From positions 320,001 to 384,000 of the forward strand of contig CAWGMQ010000004.1 of the NCBI GenBank assembly GCA_963823665.1: a DNA stretch of 64,000 nucleotides, read 5' to 3'. The position numbers and the translations under genes are program-made. The notes under the pieces were generated by a model. It was not told where the DNA came from and searched no databases. It saw only the letters and a program-made list of their open reading frames with translations. Of this stretch, positions 1-10,490 are shown piece by piece. The DNA comes from an uncultured Planctomycetota bacterium (GTDB taxonomy: Bacteria; Planctomycetota; Planctomycetia; Isosphaerales; Isosphaeraceae). Position 1 is the first letter of the stretch; every line of letters begins with the position of its first letter.

Positions 1-225
1 CATGGTCGCGATGCCTGGGTCGTCCGCGAATCCAGACTGCGCCCTACCTCTGCTTTCGATGGCCAGAACGTGCGATTCCTTCGGGCCGGACCGCTGCTCG
101 ACCAGCGCCGCCACACCCTTCGGCAGACGACCGCGGTTCAGCGTCGCGGCAATCTCGATCGACCAATGCTGATGAAAATGATGAAAAAGCCCCGCCGGGA
201 CTCGAGACCAATCGTGCATCGGCAT
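1..225 (-). CDS. DUF4058 family protein, N-terminal part (runs off window start)
   Basis: Manual translation MPMHDWSRVPAGLFHHFHQHWSIEIAATLNRGRLPKGVAALVEQ matches the planctomycete DUF4058 N-terminus; GAGGAG RBS upstream. Not in the ORF track because it is truncated. Confidence 0.75.
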   Translation of the reverse strand, partial: MPMHDWSRVPAGLFHHFHQHWSIEIAATLNRGRLPKGVAALVEQRSGPKESHVLAIESRGRAQSGFADDPGIATM

Positions 226-299
226 GGCGACATCTCCTCAGGGTCATTCTATCCTCCCACCCGCCCCAACGCATACGCAAACCCGTCTTGACCGCAATG

Positions 300-534
300 T
301 CAGTCAGGAATGATTGGTCCGAATGCGGGAACGGGCATGGCGTCGTCGTCCACGATGTTCACGTAAGGCGCAGGCCCCGCGCCGTAATACAGAGCCGCGT
401 CCTGGCCGGGGATCGCCGTCGTCCACAACACAACTGTCGCCGGCCTCTCGCGGTCGAGCTCGGCCCACAACACCTCAAGTGCCCGGCAAAGTGCCTCATC
501 CACGTCAAACTGCCGCGTGCGCCCGAGGGCACAT
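300..534 (-). pseudogene. Chimeric remnant: TetR N-terminus fused to an unrelated C-terminal fragment (sialate O-acetylesterase-like)
   Basis: GRTRQFDVDEALCRALEVLW resembles the N-terminus of the TetR at 2040-2627 (GRPREFDIDEVLDRALRVFW). RBS GAAGGAG and ATG at 534 with an extra base just after it. Tail ALYYGAGPAPYVNIVDDDAMPVPAFGPI is not TetR. Confidence 0.55.
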
Positions 535-564
535 CGATCTCCTTCAAAAAATGATCGTCGGCCC

Positions 565-613
565 TTGACCGGCATCGCCGCCCCAATATACTTTCACTGT
601 ACCAATCGGTACA
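565..613 (+). promoter_or_regulatory. Sigma70-type promoter (TTGACC-16-TATACT) with palindromic TetR-type operator TGTACC-N4-GGTACA at 598-613
   Basis: Seen directly upstream of the SDR; the same motif recurs at 2647-2714. Confidence 0.7.
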
Positions 614-637
614 ATAACGTCAAGTGAGGAGATTACC

Positions 638-1396
638 ATGGCAAGCACCAACCGTGATAGACCACTTGCAGGCAAGGTCGCGCTCATCACTGGCGGTTCG
701 CGCGGCATCGGCGCTGCGATTGCCAGCCGCCTGGCCGCGGACGGCGCCAGCGTGGCCGTCACCTACTCCAAAGGCGCTGACGCAGCGGCGTCCGTTGTCA
801 AAGAGGTTGAACGCGGAGGCGGAAAGGCGATCGCGATCCAGGCAGACGCCGCCGACTCCGACGCAGTCAAAAACGCCGTCGAAAAGACGGTCACGACATT
901 TGGCCGGCTGGACGTGCTGGTGAACAACGCCGGCACGGTCATTCCGGCGAAGGTCGAGGACACGACGCTCGCGGACTTCGATCGCGTTTTTGCGATCAAC
1001 GTCCGCGGCGTCTTCGTCGCGACCCAGGCGGCGCTCAAGCACATGAAGACCGGCGGGCGCATCATCATGATCGGCTCGTGCCTGGGCGAGCGCGTGTTGA
1101 TGAGCGGCATGGCGCCCTACGCTGCAACCAAAGGCGCCGTCAAGATGTTCACGCAAGGGCTGGCGCGTGAGCTCGGAGCGCGCGGCATTACGGTCAACAA
1201 CGTTCAGCCGGGTCCGATTGATACCGATCTGAACCCGGCCTCAAGCGAATGGGCCGACGGCCAGAAGGCGGTTGTTCCGCTTGATCGGTTTGGACACGCC
1301 GACGAGGTCGCTTCGCTCGTAGCGTTCGTCGCCGGTCCCGGGTCGTCATACATCAACGGTGCGAACCTTACGGTCGACGGAGGAACCAACGCCTGA
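638..1396 (+). CDS. Short-chain dehydrogenase/reductase (BdcA/FabG-like)
   Basis: TGGSRGIG, NNAG, YAATK, QPGPIDTDLNP motifs; RBS GAGGAG. Confidence 0.93.
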   Translation: MASTNRDRPLAGKVALITGGSRGIGAAIASRLAADGASVAVTYSKGADAAASVVKEVERGGGKAIAIQADAADSDAVKNAVEKTVTTFGRLDVLVNNAGTVIPAKVEDTTLADFDRVFAINVRGVFVATQAALKHMKTGGRIIMIGSCLGERVLMSGMAPYAATKGAVKMFTQGLARELGARGITVNNVQPGPIDTDLNPASSEWADGQKAVVPLDRFGHADEVASLVAFVAGPGSSYINGANLTVDGGTNA

Positions 1397-1438
1397 CCGC
1401 AATCGGCGTCTCCACGCAGGGTGCGCAAAGGAGAAAAG

Positions 1439-2035
1439 ATGATGAGGGCTAATCTGACGATGGCTGCTTTCGCGCTGTCGGCTCTTGTGCTCGGCGGCAA
1501 TGTTTTTCACGGCCAACCTGGACTGGCGTCCGAAAGGGATCATCCAATGAATGTCTCTCGCATCACGGTGGAACACGTTCAAGTGGTGGCCGAGAAACCC
1601 TTCGATCAAGTTACCAAGGCATTTGAACAGCAGCTCGGACGATTCGACGAGGACACGTACAGGTCGCTCGCCGCAGGTGAAGATGTCGAGGTGGCCAGGG
1701 CCAAGCTCGAAGCGATGGTGGGGCCAAGCGGCTTCATGCTCTTCAGGACCAGCGACCATGGATCACTGCTGCGTTTGGTCGGCCAGAAGAAAAGAGCGAT
1801 CCAGTATCTCGTTGGCAATCCACTCTTCGCCATCCAGATGACGGAGCATGACATCCGGGCCAGCCTTTATGCACCGTTGCGGGTGCTGATCTACGAGCAC
1901 GAACCCGAAAAGACCTACGTGGAGTACGACAAGCCATCCTCGCTCTTCGGACAATTCGGCAACGCGAAGGTAACCGAGGTCGCCGACATGCTCGATCGAA
2001 AACTGGAGCAATTGGTGGCCAAGGCGATTCAATAG
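1439..2035 (+). CDS. DUF302 domain protein, possible signal peptide
   Basis: YLVGNPLFAIQMTEHDIRASLYAPLRVLIYE...YDKPSSLFGQF ... LDRKLE signature. Confidence 0.85.
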   Translation: MMRANLTMAAFALSALVLGGNVFHGQPGLASERDHPMNVSRITVEHVQVVAEKPFDQVTKAFEQQLGRFDEDTYRSLAAGEDVEVARAKLEAMVGPSGFMLFRTSDHGSLLRLVGQKKRAIQYLVGNPLFAIQMTEHDIRASLYAPLRVLIYEHEPEKTYVEYDKPSSLFGQFGNAKVTEVADMLDRKLEQLVAKAIQ

Positions 2036-2039
2036 CTTC

Positions 2040-2627
2040 TCACCCCGGCCACGCTCGCAACGCCAGTTCCGCAACGCGTCGAAGGTCCTCGCGGCTCGCA
2101 CCTCCGGCCGCCTGGACCGCCATTCCCCGCATGACCGTCACCACGTAGCGAGCGAGATCAGCCGCGTCCGCCCCGGCCGGCAGATCGCCGTCCGCTCGGG
2201 CACGCTCGAACCGCTGGCGAACCGCGCATTCTCCCGCCACACGACGCGCGGCCACTTCCCGGCGCACGGATTCGGCCGTCTCTCCACACGCGAGCGCACC
2301 TTGCACAATCAGACATCCGCGCGGGTTCCGCCGATCAGTCACCAGGTCGATCGTCCCGCCCAGTAGCCGTTCAGCAACGGCGCGGGCTGTCGGCTCGTTC
2401 AGGGACTCGCGCACAAAGGCCGCTGGACCCTCGACATAGCGGTCGAGCGCCTTGCGAAACAGCTCTTCCTTGCTGCCGAACGCGGCATACAGGCTCGGGC
2501 GGTTGATGCCCATCGCCGCCGTCAGGTCCGGAAGCGTGGCGCCCTCGTAGCCCCTGCGCCAGAACACCCGCAATGCGCGGTCCAGAACTTCATCGATGTC
2601 AAATTCGCGGGGACGCCCCTTCGCCAC
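2040..2627 (-). CDS. TetR/AcrR family regulator (ComR/BdcR/NemR-like)
   Basis: GRPREFD...GINRPSLYAAFGSKEELF helix-turn-helix and a GCL C-terminal motif. Confidence 0.95.
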   Translation of the reverse strand: MAKGRPREFDIDEVLDRALRVFWRRGYEGATLPDLTAAMGINRPSLYAAFGSKEELFRKALDRYVEGPAAFVRESLNEPTARAVAERLLGGTIDLVTDRRNPRGCLIVQGALACGETAESVRREVAARRVAGECAVRQRFERARADGDLPAGADAADLARYVVTVMRGMAVQAAGGASREDLRRVAELALRAWPG

Positions 2628-2646
2628 GCCTGACCTCCTCGTTTTT

Positions 2647-2714
2647 TGTACCTACCAGTATATTACACCCCTTGACCCGGCATGTCCAGGCCCATATATT
2701 TACCGTGCGGTACA
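2647..2714. promoter_or_regulatory. Divergent promoter with two TetR-type operators (TGTACCTACCAGTATA 2647-2662; TTTACCGTGCGGTACA 2699-2714) and TTGACC-17-TATATT
   Basis: Degenerate copies of the 598-613 palindrome lying between the TetR and MFP genes. Confidence 0.65.
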
Positions 2715-2756
2715 AAAGACGCGGCCGAAGGGTCGATCCATTCACGGAGACGGGCA

Positions 2757-3947
2757 ATGTCTCGCACACATACGGGCGCATTCTCTGTACTGGTTCTCGG
2801 GGCCTGGCTCAACGTGACGGGCTGTGCCAGGGCGCCCGCAGAGGCTCCCGCGGCGGCTCCGATGGCGGTCACGGTAAGTTATCCCGTCGAGCGCGACGTC
2901 ACCGACTACGCCGACTTCACCGGCCGGACGGCCGCCGTGGATTCCGTCGAGGTACGGGCGCGCGTCTCGGGTTACCTCGACACGGTCAACTTCAAGGAAG
3001 GTGCACTGGTCAAGAAGGGCGACCAGCTCTTCGAGATCGACCCCCGGCCGTACCAGGCCGAGCTCGAGCGGGCCAAGGGGACTGTGGCGCAGTGCGAGGC
3101 CCGCGCACACCGACTGGAGCGCGATTTCCAGCGCGCCAAGATTCTGATCACGCGCGCGGCCGTCGGCCAGGAAGAATATGACCGATACGAGGGTGACTAC
3201 CGGGAGGCGGTGGCCAACCTCGAAGTCGCCAGGGCCAACCGCGACCTCGCCGCGCTGAACGTGGGATACGCGAAAGTCGTCGCGCCGGTCAGCGGGCGCG
3301 TCAGCCGGTACGTCGTCACGGTGGGCAACCTGATTCAGTCGGGCGACCAGAACAGCGGCACCCTGCTCACCACCATCGTGTCCGTGGACCCGATGTATGC
3401 CTACTTCGACGTCGACGAGCGCACCGTGCTGCGCATCCGGCAGTTGATCCGCGAAGGCAAGGCCAAGTCAGCCGGCCAGACCAGGTGGCCCGTTGCGCTC
3501 GGCCTGGCCACTGAGGAGGGGTTTCCCCATCAGGGCACGATTAATTTCGAGGACAACCAGGTCAATCCCAAAACCGGAACCCTGCGCGTCCGGGGCGTGT
3601 TCCCCAACAAGGACGAGGCGCTCTCCCCCGGCTTTTTCGCCCGCGTCCGCGTGCCCATCGGTCAAGCCCACGACGCCCTGCTGGTCACTGACCGCGCGAT
3701 CGACACCGACCAGGGCGAGAAGGTTCTGTACACCGTCAACAAGAAGCATGAGGTGGTCTCCCGCCCCGTTCGGCTGGGTGCCCTCCACCATGGCCTGCGG
3801 GAGATCACAGCCGGGCTCGAGCCGGGCGAGCAAATCATCGTGACCGGCCTGCAACAGGTGCGGCCGGGCATCACGGTCGAGCCAAAGCTAGTAGAAATGC
3901 CGAACTCAATCCGGAAGTCGTCCGCGCGGCTTCTGACCGATAGGTGA
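2757..3947 (+). CDS. RND efflux periplasmic adaptor (MexE-like)
   Basis: Lipobox-like VTGC; VEVRARVSGYL, LFEIDPRPYQA, APVSGRVSR motifs. ATG at 2757 chosen as start. Confidence 0.95.
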   Translation: MSRTHTGAFSVLVLGAWLNVTGCARAPAEAPAAAPMAVTVSYPVERDVTDYADFTGRTAAVDSVEVRARVSGYLDTVNFKEGALVKKGDQLFEIDPRPYQAELERAKGTVAQCEARAHRLERDFQRAKILITRAAVGQEEYDRYEGDYREAVANLEVARANRDLAALNVGYAKVVAPVSGRVSRYVVTVGNLIQSGDQNSGTLLTTIVSVDPMYAYFDVDERTVLRIRQLIREGKAKSAGQTRWPVALGLATEEGFPHQGTINFEDNQVNPKTGTLRVRGVFPNKDEALSPGFFARVRVPIGQAHDALLVTDRAIDTDQGEKVLYTVNKKHEVVSRPVRLGALHHGLREITAGLEPGEQIIVTGLQQVRPGITVEPKLVEMPNSIRKSSARLLTDR

Positions 3948-4024
3948 AGAGCAGCGCCAGCGATCGCCGGCAAATCCGCCGCTCCCAGCGTGCAGGGCCG
4001 CGAGCCTGCTATCGGGTGTAGATT

Positions 4025-4630
4025 TCAATGATTCTTAGGGTGATGAAATGTTCCGAATTGCGACAAGGTCAAACGAGACGGGACAGTGCCTGCGTCGCCG
4101 AATGAAAGTGACCGGCCAGAGGCTCGATCATGTTGCTCGATCCAGCGATGAACGCGCAACAAGATGCGGGGCAGTCCTTTTGCGGGAAGGTTTTGATTTT
4201 CCCAGTTTGTCATTTGCGCGCGCACCGCCTTGGTAACCGGATTCTCGACCTTGATTCCCATCGTGGCACACGCAAGAGCCAGTTGAGAATCGTCGGTGGC
4301 AAGAACGGTCACGCCGCGCAGCCGGCAGCTTTCGAGCAGCACCGCGTCATTGAAATCGACCCCGCAGGACTGCCGCAGAGACAGAGCCCCTGCTGCGACG
4401 GTCGCGGTCAGCTCTTCCACGACCAGGGCCTGGGACAGATCGGTGAATTTCGCATCCGCGTCACTTTCCGAGACACCGTAAACGGCAACGAGCACGCGCC
4501 ACAGCTCGACGAGGTTGACGATACCGGTGACCCAGACTGGGTACCCCGTGATGTACCGCTCACAAGCCGTCATGGCCGGATGATTGGCGAGCGACGCGTA
4601 CACCAGCAAATTGGAGTCGATCGCCTTCAC
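4025..4630 (-). CDS. PIN-domain (VapC-like) ribonuclease with C-terminal extension; possible late frameshift (alternative stop ~4069)
   Basis: Acidic PIN residues in IDSNLLVY, VEL, DFNDAVL and ATDD; RBS AGGAGG before GTG at 4630. Confidence 0.8.
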   Translation of the reverse strand: MKAIDSNLLVYASLANHPAMTACERYITGYPVWVTGIVNLVELWRVLVAVYGVSESDADAKFTDLSQALVVEELTATVAAGALSLRQSCGVDFNDAVLLESCRLRGVTVLATDDSQLALACATMGIKVENPVTKAVRAQMTNWENQNLPAKGLPRILLRVHRWIEQHDRASGRSLSFGDAGTVPSRLTLSQFGTFHHPKNH

Positions 4631-4638
4631 GCGGCCTC

Positions 4639-5226
4639 CTACCAACCGAGCGAGTCCATGTCGACGTCCGCCAGGCTGAGTTGGGTCGGGCGATTCATCG
4701 TCAGCTTGCGCTCAAGAGCCGCTTGGACAGGCATCGTTGGCACGGGCTTCAGATCCCGGTCGAGTCGGGCTTCGAGCGCTGCGTCACGGCCTGGACGTGG
4801 CGCGGTGCTCACGGCGTGCAGGATCTTTTCGACACGGCGGCGTAACGTCGGCAAGTCAGCCGCGTCTACCCGAAAACCAACGAACGTGCCGGCGGATTTC
4901 CGAGGCTTGAACCAGCACTCGGATTGGGTCCACGCCACGCCCTGGAGAGCGGGGGTCGAGTCCACGACGCTCTTTCGGATTGCGAAGAGCAATTCGCCTC
5001 CAGCCAGGCGCGCGAGCTTGAACGTGACCTTGCGCCGCTGCGGTAACGGCTGGGACTTCCCGGGAAACCAACTGGCGGAGCCTCGCCGGTCCTTGAGCTC
5101 AAATCCCTTGGCCTGGATCAAACGGGCGAGCTCGTCCTTCGCGGCCTTGAAATGCCGGTCCTGGCCTATGGCGACAGTTTGGATTGCGTCCACTGTCACA
5201 ACCTCCGTCCGCACGGGAACATTCAA
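4639..5226 (-). CDS. Hypothetical protein upstream of the PIN gene, putative antitoxin/partner
   Basis: 195-aa ORF whose stop overlaps the PIN RBS; acidic tail LADVDMDSLGW; no family recognised. Confidence 0.55.
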   Translation of the reverse strand: MNVPVRTEVVTVDAIQTVAIGQDRHFKAAKDELARLIQAKGFELKDRRGSASWFPGKSQPLPQRRKVTFKLARLAGGELLFAIRKSVVDSTPALQGVAWTQSECWFKPRKSAGTFVGFRVDAADLPTLRRRVEKILHAVSTAPRPGRDAALEARLDRDLKPVPTMPVQAALERKLTMNRPTQLSLADVDMDSLGW

Positions 5227-5366
5227 TCAGTTCAGACAACGGACTATTCCATGACTCTAACAGTTACTCCATAGACTGTCAAATAGAATTTCCTATAAAC
5301 TCACCTAACGATAATTGCCGGCTTTCGACGTACGGGTGAGCGAAGAGGTGGTGAAAGGGGGCTCAC

Positions 5367-8300
5367 ATGCTGGCGCGTTTCTTCATCGACCGACCCGTCC
5401 TGGCGTGGGTGATTTCCATCGTGATCATCCTGCTTGGGGCCATCGCGGCGGGCTTCTTGCCGATCGCCGAGTATCCGGAGATCACGCCGCCGACCGTCCG
5501 GGTGACAGCCAGCTACCCCGGAGCCAATGCGAACGTGGTAGCCGACACCGTGGCCGCGCCGATCGAGCAGCAGGTCGTTGGCGTGGAAGCCATGATGTAC
5601 ATGTCGTCGCAGAGCAACAACGACGGCTCGTACACCCTCGACGTGACCTTCGACCTGGGCACCAACGTGAACATGGCCCAGGTACTGGTGCAGAACCGCG
5701 TCGCCATCGCCGAGCCCACGCTCCCCGATGTGGTTCGGACCATCGGCGTGGCAGTCAAGAAACGGTCCCCAGACGTCTTGCTGGGGATCAGTCTGTATTC
5801 CGACGACGACCCGGAGACCGGCAGGCCGTACTATGATTCGCTCTACCTGAGCAATTACGCCACGATCCAGATCAAGGACGCCGTCGCCCGGGTGGAAGGC
5901 GTCGGCGACGTGACGATCCTCGGCCAGCAAGACTACAGCATGCGGGTCTGGCTCGACCCGGACAAGCTGCAGTCGCGCAATCTGACGGCCGGCGACGTGA
6001 TCCGGGTCTTGCGCGAGCAGAACGTGCAGGTGGCTGCTGGACGCATCGGCCAGCCGCCGGTCCCCGACGGCCAGGATTTTCAGTACACGATGAGCACCCT
6101 CGGCCGGTTGGTCGAGGCCGAGCAGTTCGCGGACATCATTCTCAACACCGGCGCGAATGGAGAAGTGACTTACCTCAGGGACGTCAGCCGTACCGAGCTG
6201 GGTGCCCGAAACCAGGACACGCTCGGGCGGCTCGACGGCCGGCCGTCGCCGGCGGTTGTCGTCTTTCTGCTGCCAGGCGCTAACGCCCTGAACACCGCCG
6301 ACGGCATCAAGGCCAAGATGAGCGAGCTGGAAACTCGCTTCCCCAAGGGGCTGCACTACCTGGTCGGCTACGACACCACGCCGTTCATCCGCGAATCCGT
6401 GAATGAGGTTTTCCGTACGCTGTGCGAATCCGTCGTCCTGGTTGGCATCGTCATCCTCTTGTTCTTGCAAGACTGGAAGGCCCTGCTCCTGCCCGTGATC
6501 GACATGGCGGTGTCGCTGGTCGGAACCTTCGCCGTCATGAGTCTCCTGGGCTTCACCCTCAACAACCTGACGCTCTTCGGGCTGGTGCTGGCCATCGGCC
6601 TCGTCGTCGACGACGCCATCGTCGTCTTGGAGAACATCGAGCGCTGGCTGGACAAGGGCCTGCCCGTGCGCGAAGCCACCATCGAGGCGATGAACGAGAT
6701 CACCGGGCCGATCCTCGCCATGACGCTGGTGCTCAGCTCGGTGCTGGTGCCCAGCGCCTTCCTGGGCGGCATCACTGGCCAGTTCTTTCGCCAGTTCGCC
6801 GTGACCATCTCGGTGTCGATGATCATCTCGGCCATCAATGCCATGACCATGACGCCCGCCCGGGCAGCCTGGATTTTTGCCGGCCGCAAGCCCGGAACGC
6901 ACGGTGACCAGGGCAAAGAAGCGCTGCCGTGGTGGAGCTTCGCCTTACTCGGCGGCCTTTTGGCGGCGTGGCTCCTGGCGCCGAAGTTGGGTGCATGGCT
7001 GGGCCTGCCCGCGGTGGACGAGGGCGCCCGAGCGGCGCCCGGCGGTCTCAAGACCGCGCTGCTCGCGTGGGGCATCGACCTCGTCCTCTTCCTCCCCGGC
7101 GCGGTCGCCGGCGCAGCGGCCGGCTGGGTCGTCGTCCGGCCGGTGAACTCGGCTCTGGGAAAGCTCTTCAGGGGTTTCAACTGGGTGTTCGAGCGAACGA
7201 CAGAAGCCTATGGCAAGACCGTCAGCCGGTGCCTCCGCCGGAGCGCGTTCGTGCTCCTCGTCTACGCCGCCTTGATTGGCTTGACGGGCTTCGGCTTTGC
7301 CCGCGTCCCCAGCGGGTTCGTCCCCATCCAGGACAAGGGCTACTTGGTGGTGAACATGCAATTACCCGATTCCGCGTCGCTGGAGCGTACGGTCGAAGTG
7401 ACCGAGGCGGTCGAGAAGATCGCCCTTGAAACGCCCGGCGTTGCCCACACGGTGGCCGTCCCAGGGCTGTCGTTCGTCTTGAATGCCAACAGCTCGAACT
7501 ACGGCAATATGTTCGTGATCTTGAAGCCGTTCGACGAACGGCACGGCACCGCACTGAGCGGCGAGGCGATCACGGGCCGTCTTCGCGCACGCCTCGGGCG
7601 AGAGGTGCCGGAAGCCCGCGTGCTTGCCTTCTCTCCGCCGGCGGTGCGGGGCCTCGGCAACGCCGGCGGCTTCAAGCTGATGGTGGAAGCGACCGGCGAG
7701 CCCAACTTCGACGCGCTCCAGGCCCGCGCCGACGAGCTGGCCGCCAAGGGAAACCAGCAGCCCGGCTTGGTCGGTCTGTTCAACGGCTTCCGCGCCGGAC
7801 GCCTCAGCTCTACGCGGACATCGACCGGACCAAAGTTCGGACGATGGGGGTCGCGATCACCGACGTCTTCGATGCGCTTCAGGCATACCTCGGTAGCTAC
7901 TACGTCAACGACTTCAACCGCTTCGGCCGCACCTGGCAGGTGAACGTTCAGGCCGACGCTCCCTTCCGTAAGGACGCGGAAACCGTCAAACAGCTCAAGG
8001 TCCGCAACGCCGACGGCGATATGGTGCCGCTGGGCGCCGTGGTGGACGTCCGCGAGTTCGCCGGCCCGGTGACGATCACACGATACAACATGTTCCCCGC
8101 GGCGACGATCACCGGCTCCTGGCAGCCGGGGGCGAGCACCGGCGACGTCCTGCGGACGATGGAAAGCTTGTCCGACAAGGAGCTGCCACGCTCCATGACC
8201 TACGAGTGGACCGAGCTCTCCTACTTGCAAAAGCAGGCCAGCAAGATCGAGCAGTTCCAGGACCTGCGGCAAAACCCGTTCAGCGCATTTGTGCTGGGGG

Positions 8301-8905
8301 CGGTGCTCGTCTTCTTCGTGCTGGCCGGCCTGTACGAGAGCTGGTCAACGCCGCTGGCGGTAATCCTGGTCGTGCCGATGTGCTTGTTGAGCGCCCTTGC
8401 GGGGATCGCGTTTCGCGGCATGGACGTCAACATCTTCGTGCAGATCGGCTTCGTGGTCCTGGTCGGACTGGCATGCAAGAACGCCATTCTGATCGTCGAG
8501 TTCGCCAAGCAACAGCGCGAGCTCGGCAAGCCCCGCGTGGATGCCATCGTCTCCGCCGCGGTAACCCGGCTGCGGCCGATCCTGATGACTTCAGCGTGCT
8601 TCATTCACATGGTGCCCCCGTACTTCGCCGCGGGCGCCGGCGCCGAGATGCGGCGCTCGCTTGGCACTGCCGTCCTCTGGGGCGCCTTCGGCGTGACGCT
8701 CTTCGGCATCTTCCTGACGCCGGTGTTCTTCTACGTGGTGGACTGGTTGACCAACCGAAAGGGCCGGCCCGCCGCAGCGCCGATCGAGACGAAGCGGGAT
8801 GCGCCTCAGTGGAGCGCACCGAGCGGCAACCATGCGAACAACGGGGTAGCGGCACACGCAAGCCTTGACCTGATGCACCTTGGGACCGGCGGTAGAAGGA
8901 GTTGA
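5367..8905 (+). CDS. RND efflux permease (MexF/AcrB-like HAE1), frameshift at ~7797
   Basis: FFIDRP, VVDDAIVVLEN, KNAILIVEF, RLRPILMTS. ORFs 5367-7943 and 7844-8905 join by adding one base (FRARTPQLYADIDR). Confidence 0.95.
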
Positions 8906-8944
8906 CTGAGTTTTACGTAAACAACCATCGACAGGAGGCACGAC

Positions 8945-9163
8945 ATGAATCGAGACGTTCTGACCCCCGTCAATCGAGATGCCATGCTGGAAACCCTCGC
9001 GGCCGAGCTCACGTTAGCAGCCTATCGGGTCGCCCTCCGGACCAGGACGGCGGGCACCTGGCTCGATCTGGAACTGGACCTCTGGAGAACGCTGGCCGAC
9101 ACGGCCAGGACGTGGGGGGCAGGAAATGGCTCGATGCCGTTCGACAGGGAACTCCTATCCTGA
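8945..9163 (+). CDS. Small hypothetical protein (72 aa)
   Basis: Strong AGGAGG RBS; amphipathic LAAELTLAAYRVALR...WLDLELDLWR. Confidence 0.65.
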   Translation: MNRDVLTPVNRDAMLETLAAELTLAAYRVALRTRTAGTWLDLELDLWRTLADTARTWGAGNGSMPFDRELLS

Positions 9164-9175
9164 GGAGGAAAACGC

Positions 9176-9511
9176 ATGAAATCCCCGGTCACCATGCTCT
9201 TGCAAGGTCTGGCGTCCTCGCGCCGACTGATGCTCGACTCCGTGGGGGATCTCTCCGCGGCGGAGCTCGCCGGGCGTCCGAGGCCGGCCCTCCGAAGTTG
9301 CGTCCGACTCCTCGGCATGGCGGCTCTCGCCGACCGCGAGGTGCTCCTGCAATCTGCAGACGTGATCGCGCGGATTGTGTCCACCATCCCGATGGGACGC
9401 ATGGGTGAACCCGAGGAAGTTGCTAAGGCGGCGTTGTTTCTGGCGTCGGATGATTCCAGTTTCGTCACCGGTATCGAATTTTTTGTTGACGGCGGCAGAG
9501 CCCAGGTCTGA
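9176..9511 (+). pseudogene. Chimeric remnant: DinB-like N-terminus fused to an SDR C-terminus
   Basis: C-terminal [37 protein letters not shown] is a canonical SDR end, but there is no Rossmann or YxxxK motif. Confidence 0.7.
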
Positions 9512-9590
9512 CCGAACGGACGGAGACTCTTTTTGACGAGATCGCTCGGTAGTCCCGAGCGACGACGTCGACTTCCAAAGGAGGAGTGCC

Positions 9591-10465
9591 ATGTATGTGA
9601 TTTTGGGAGCGAGCGGGCACACCGGCTCGATCATTGCCGATTTCCTGGTATCAAAGGGCAAGAAGGTGCGCATCTTCGGGCGCGACCCGGCGCAACTCGA
9701 GCGCTTTGTGCGCAACGGCGCCGAAGCGTTCACAGCCAGCATGGGCGATGCGGCTGCGCTCGCCAAAGCCTTCAGCGGAGCGCAAGCGGCATACTTGATG
9801 TTGTCGCCGGTGACCTCACGGGAAGACCAGGAGCGGCAGAGCGATGCGATCGCGAAAGCCGTGAAGGAGTCAGGACTGCGCTACGCCGTGCTCTTGAGCA
9901 GCTTCGGCGCGCAGGTTCCGGAAGGCACCGGGCCAGTCACGGGGCTGCATTCCTCGGAGCAAAAACTGAACGCCATCAGCGGGTTGAACGTTCTGCACTT
10001 GCGCACGGGTATTTCATGGAGAATAATCTGGCGGCGATCGACATGATTCAACGGATGGGACTCTTCGCAGGTGCGCTGCTACCCGACCTGAAGCTGCCCA
10101 TGATCGCCACGCGCGACATTGGTGACTACGCCGCGAAGCGCCTCTTGGACCTGGATTTTTCCGGCAAACAAACGCGCGAGCTGCTTGGCAAGCGCGACAT
10201 ATCGATGGCGGAAGTTACTGCGGTGATCGGGCGCGGCATTGGAAAACCGGATCTGCGCTACGAGCAGTTTCCGTACGAGCAGGTGCAGCAGGTGTTAACG
10301 CAGATGGGTATTCCGCCGAAGTCAGCCGCGGTGTACATCGAGATGTACAAGGCTTTGAACGCAGGAGTCCTCGCTGCGCAGGAGCCGCGTTCGCCGGAGA
10401 ACAGCACACCGACTTCGTTTGAAAAATTTGTGCAGGATGTCTTTGCGCCTGCGTATCACGGGTAG
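9591..10465 (+). CDS. NmrA-like NAD(P)H-binding protein, frameshift ~10007
   Basis: ILGASGHTG Rossmann motif; continues in another frame as GYFMEN...PMIATRDIG...TPTSFE. Confidence 0.88.
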
Positions 10466-10490
10466 CGTTCCACCAGATTGGAGCGATAAT

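Noticed and set aside
4130..5254. 374-aa + strand ORF between the RND genes
   Set aside because: No motifs; antisense to the PIN pair, which has an RBS and catalytic residues.
3948..5366. IS element explaining the insertion in the RND operon
   Set aside because: No transposase motif, terminal inverted repeats or target-site duplication found.
5301..6902. 533-aa minus-strand ORF
   Set aside because: Shadow ORF of the RND permease, as expected in high-GC DNA.
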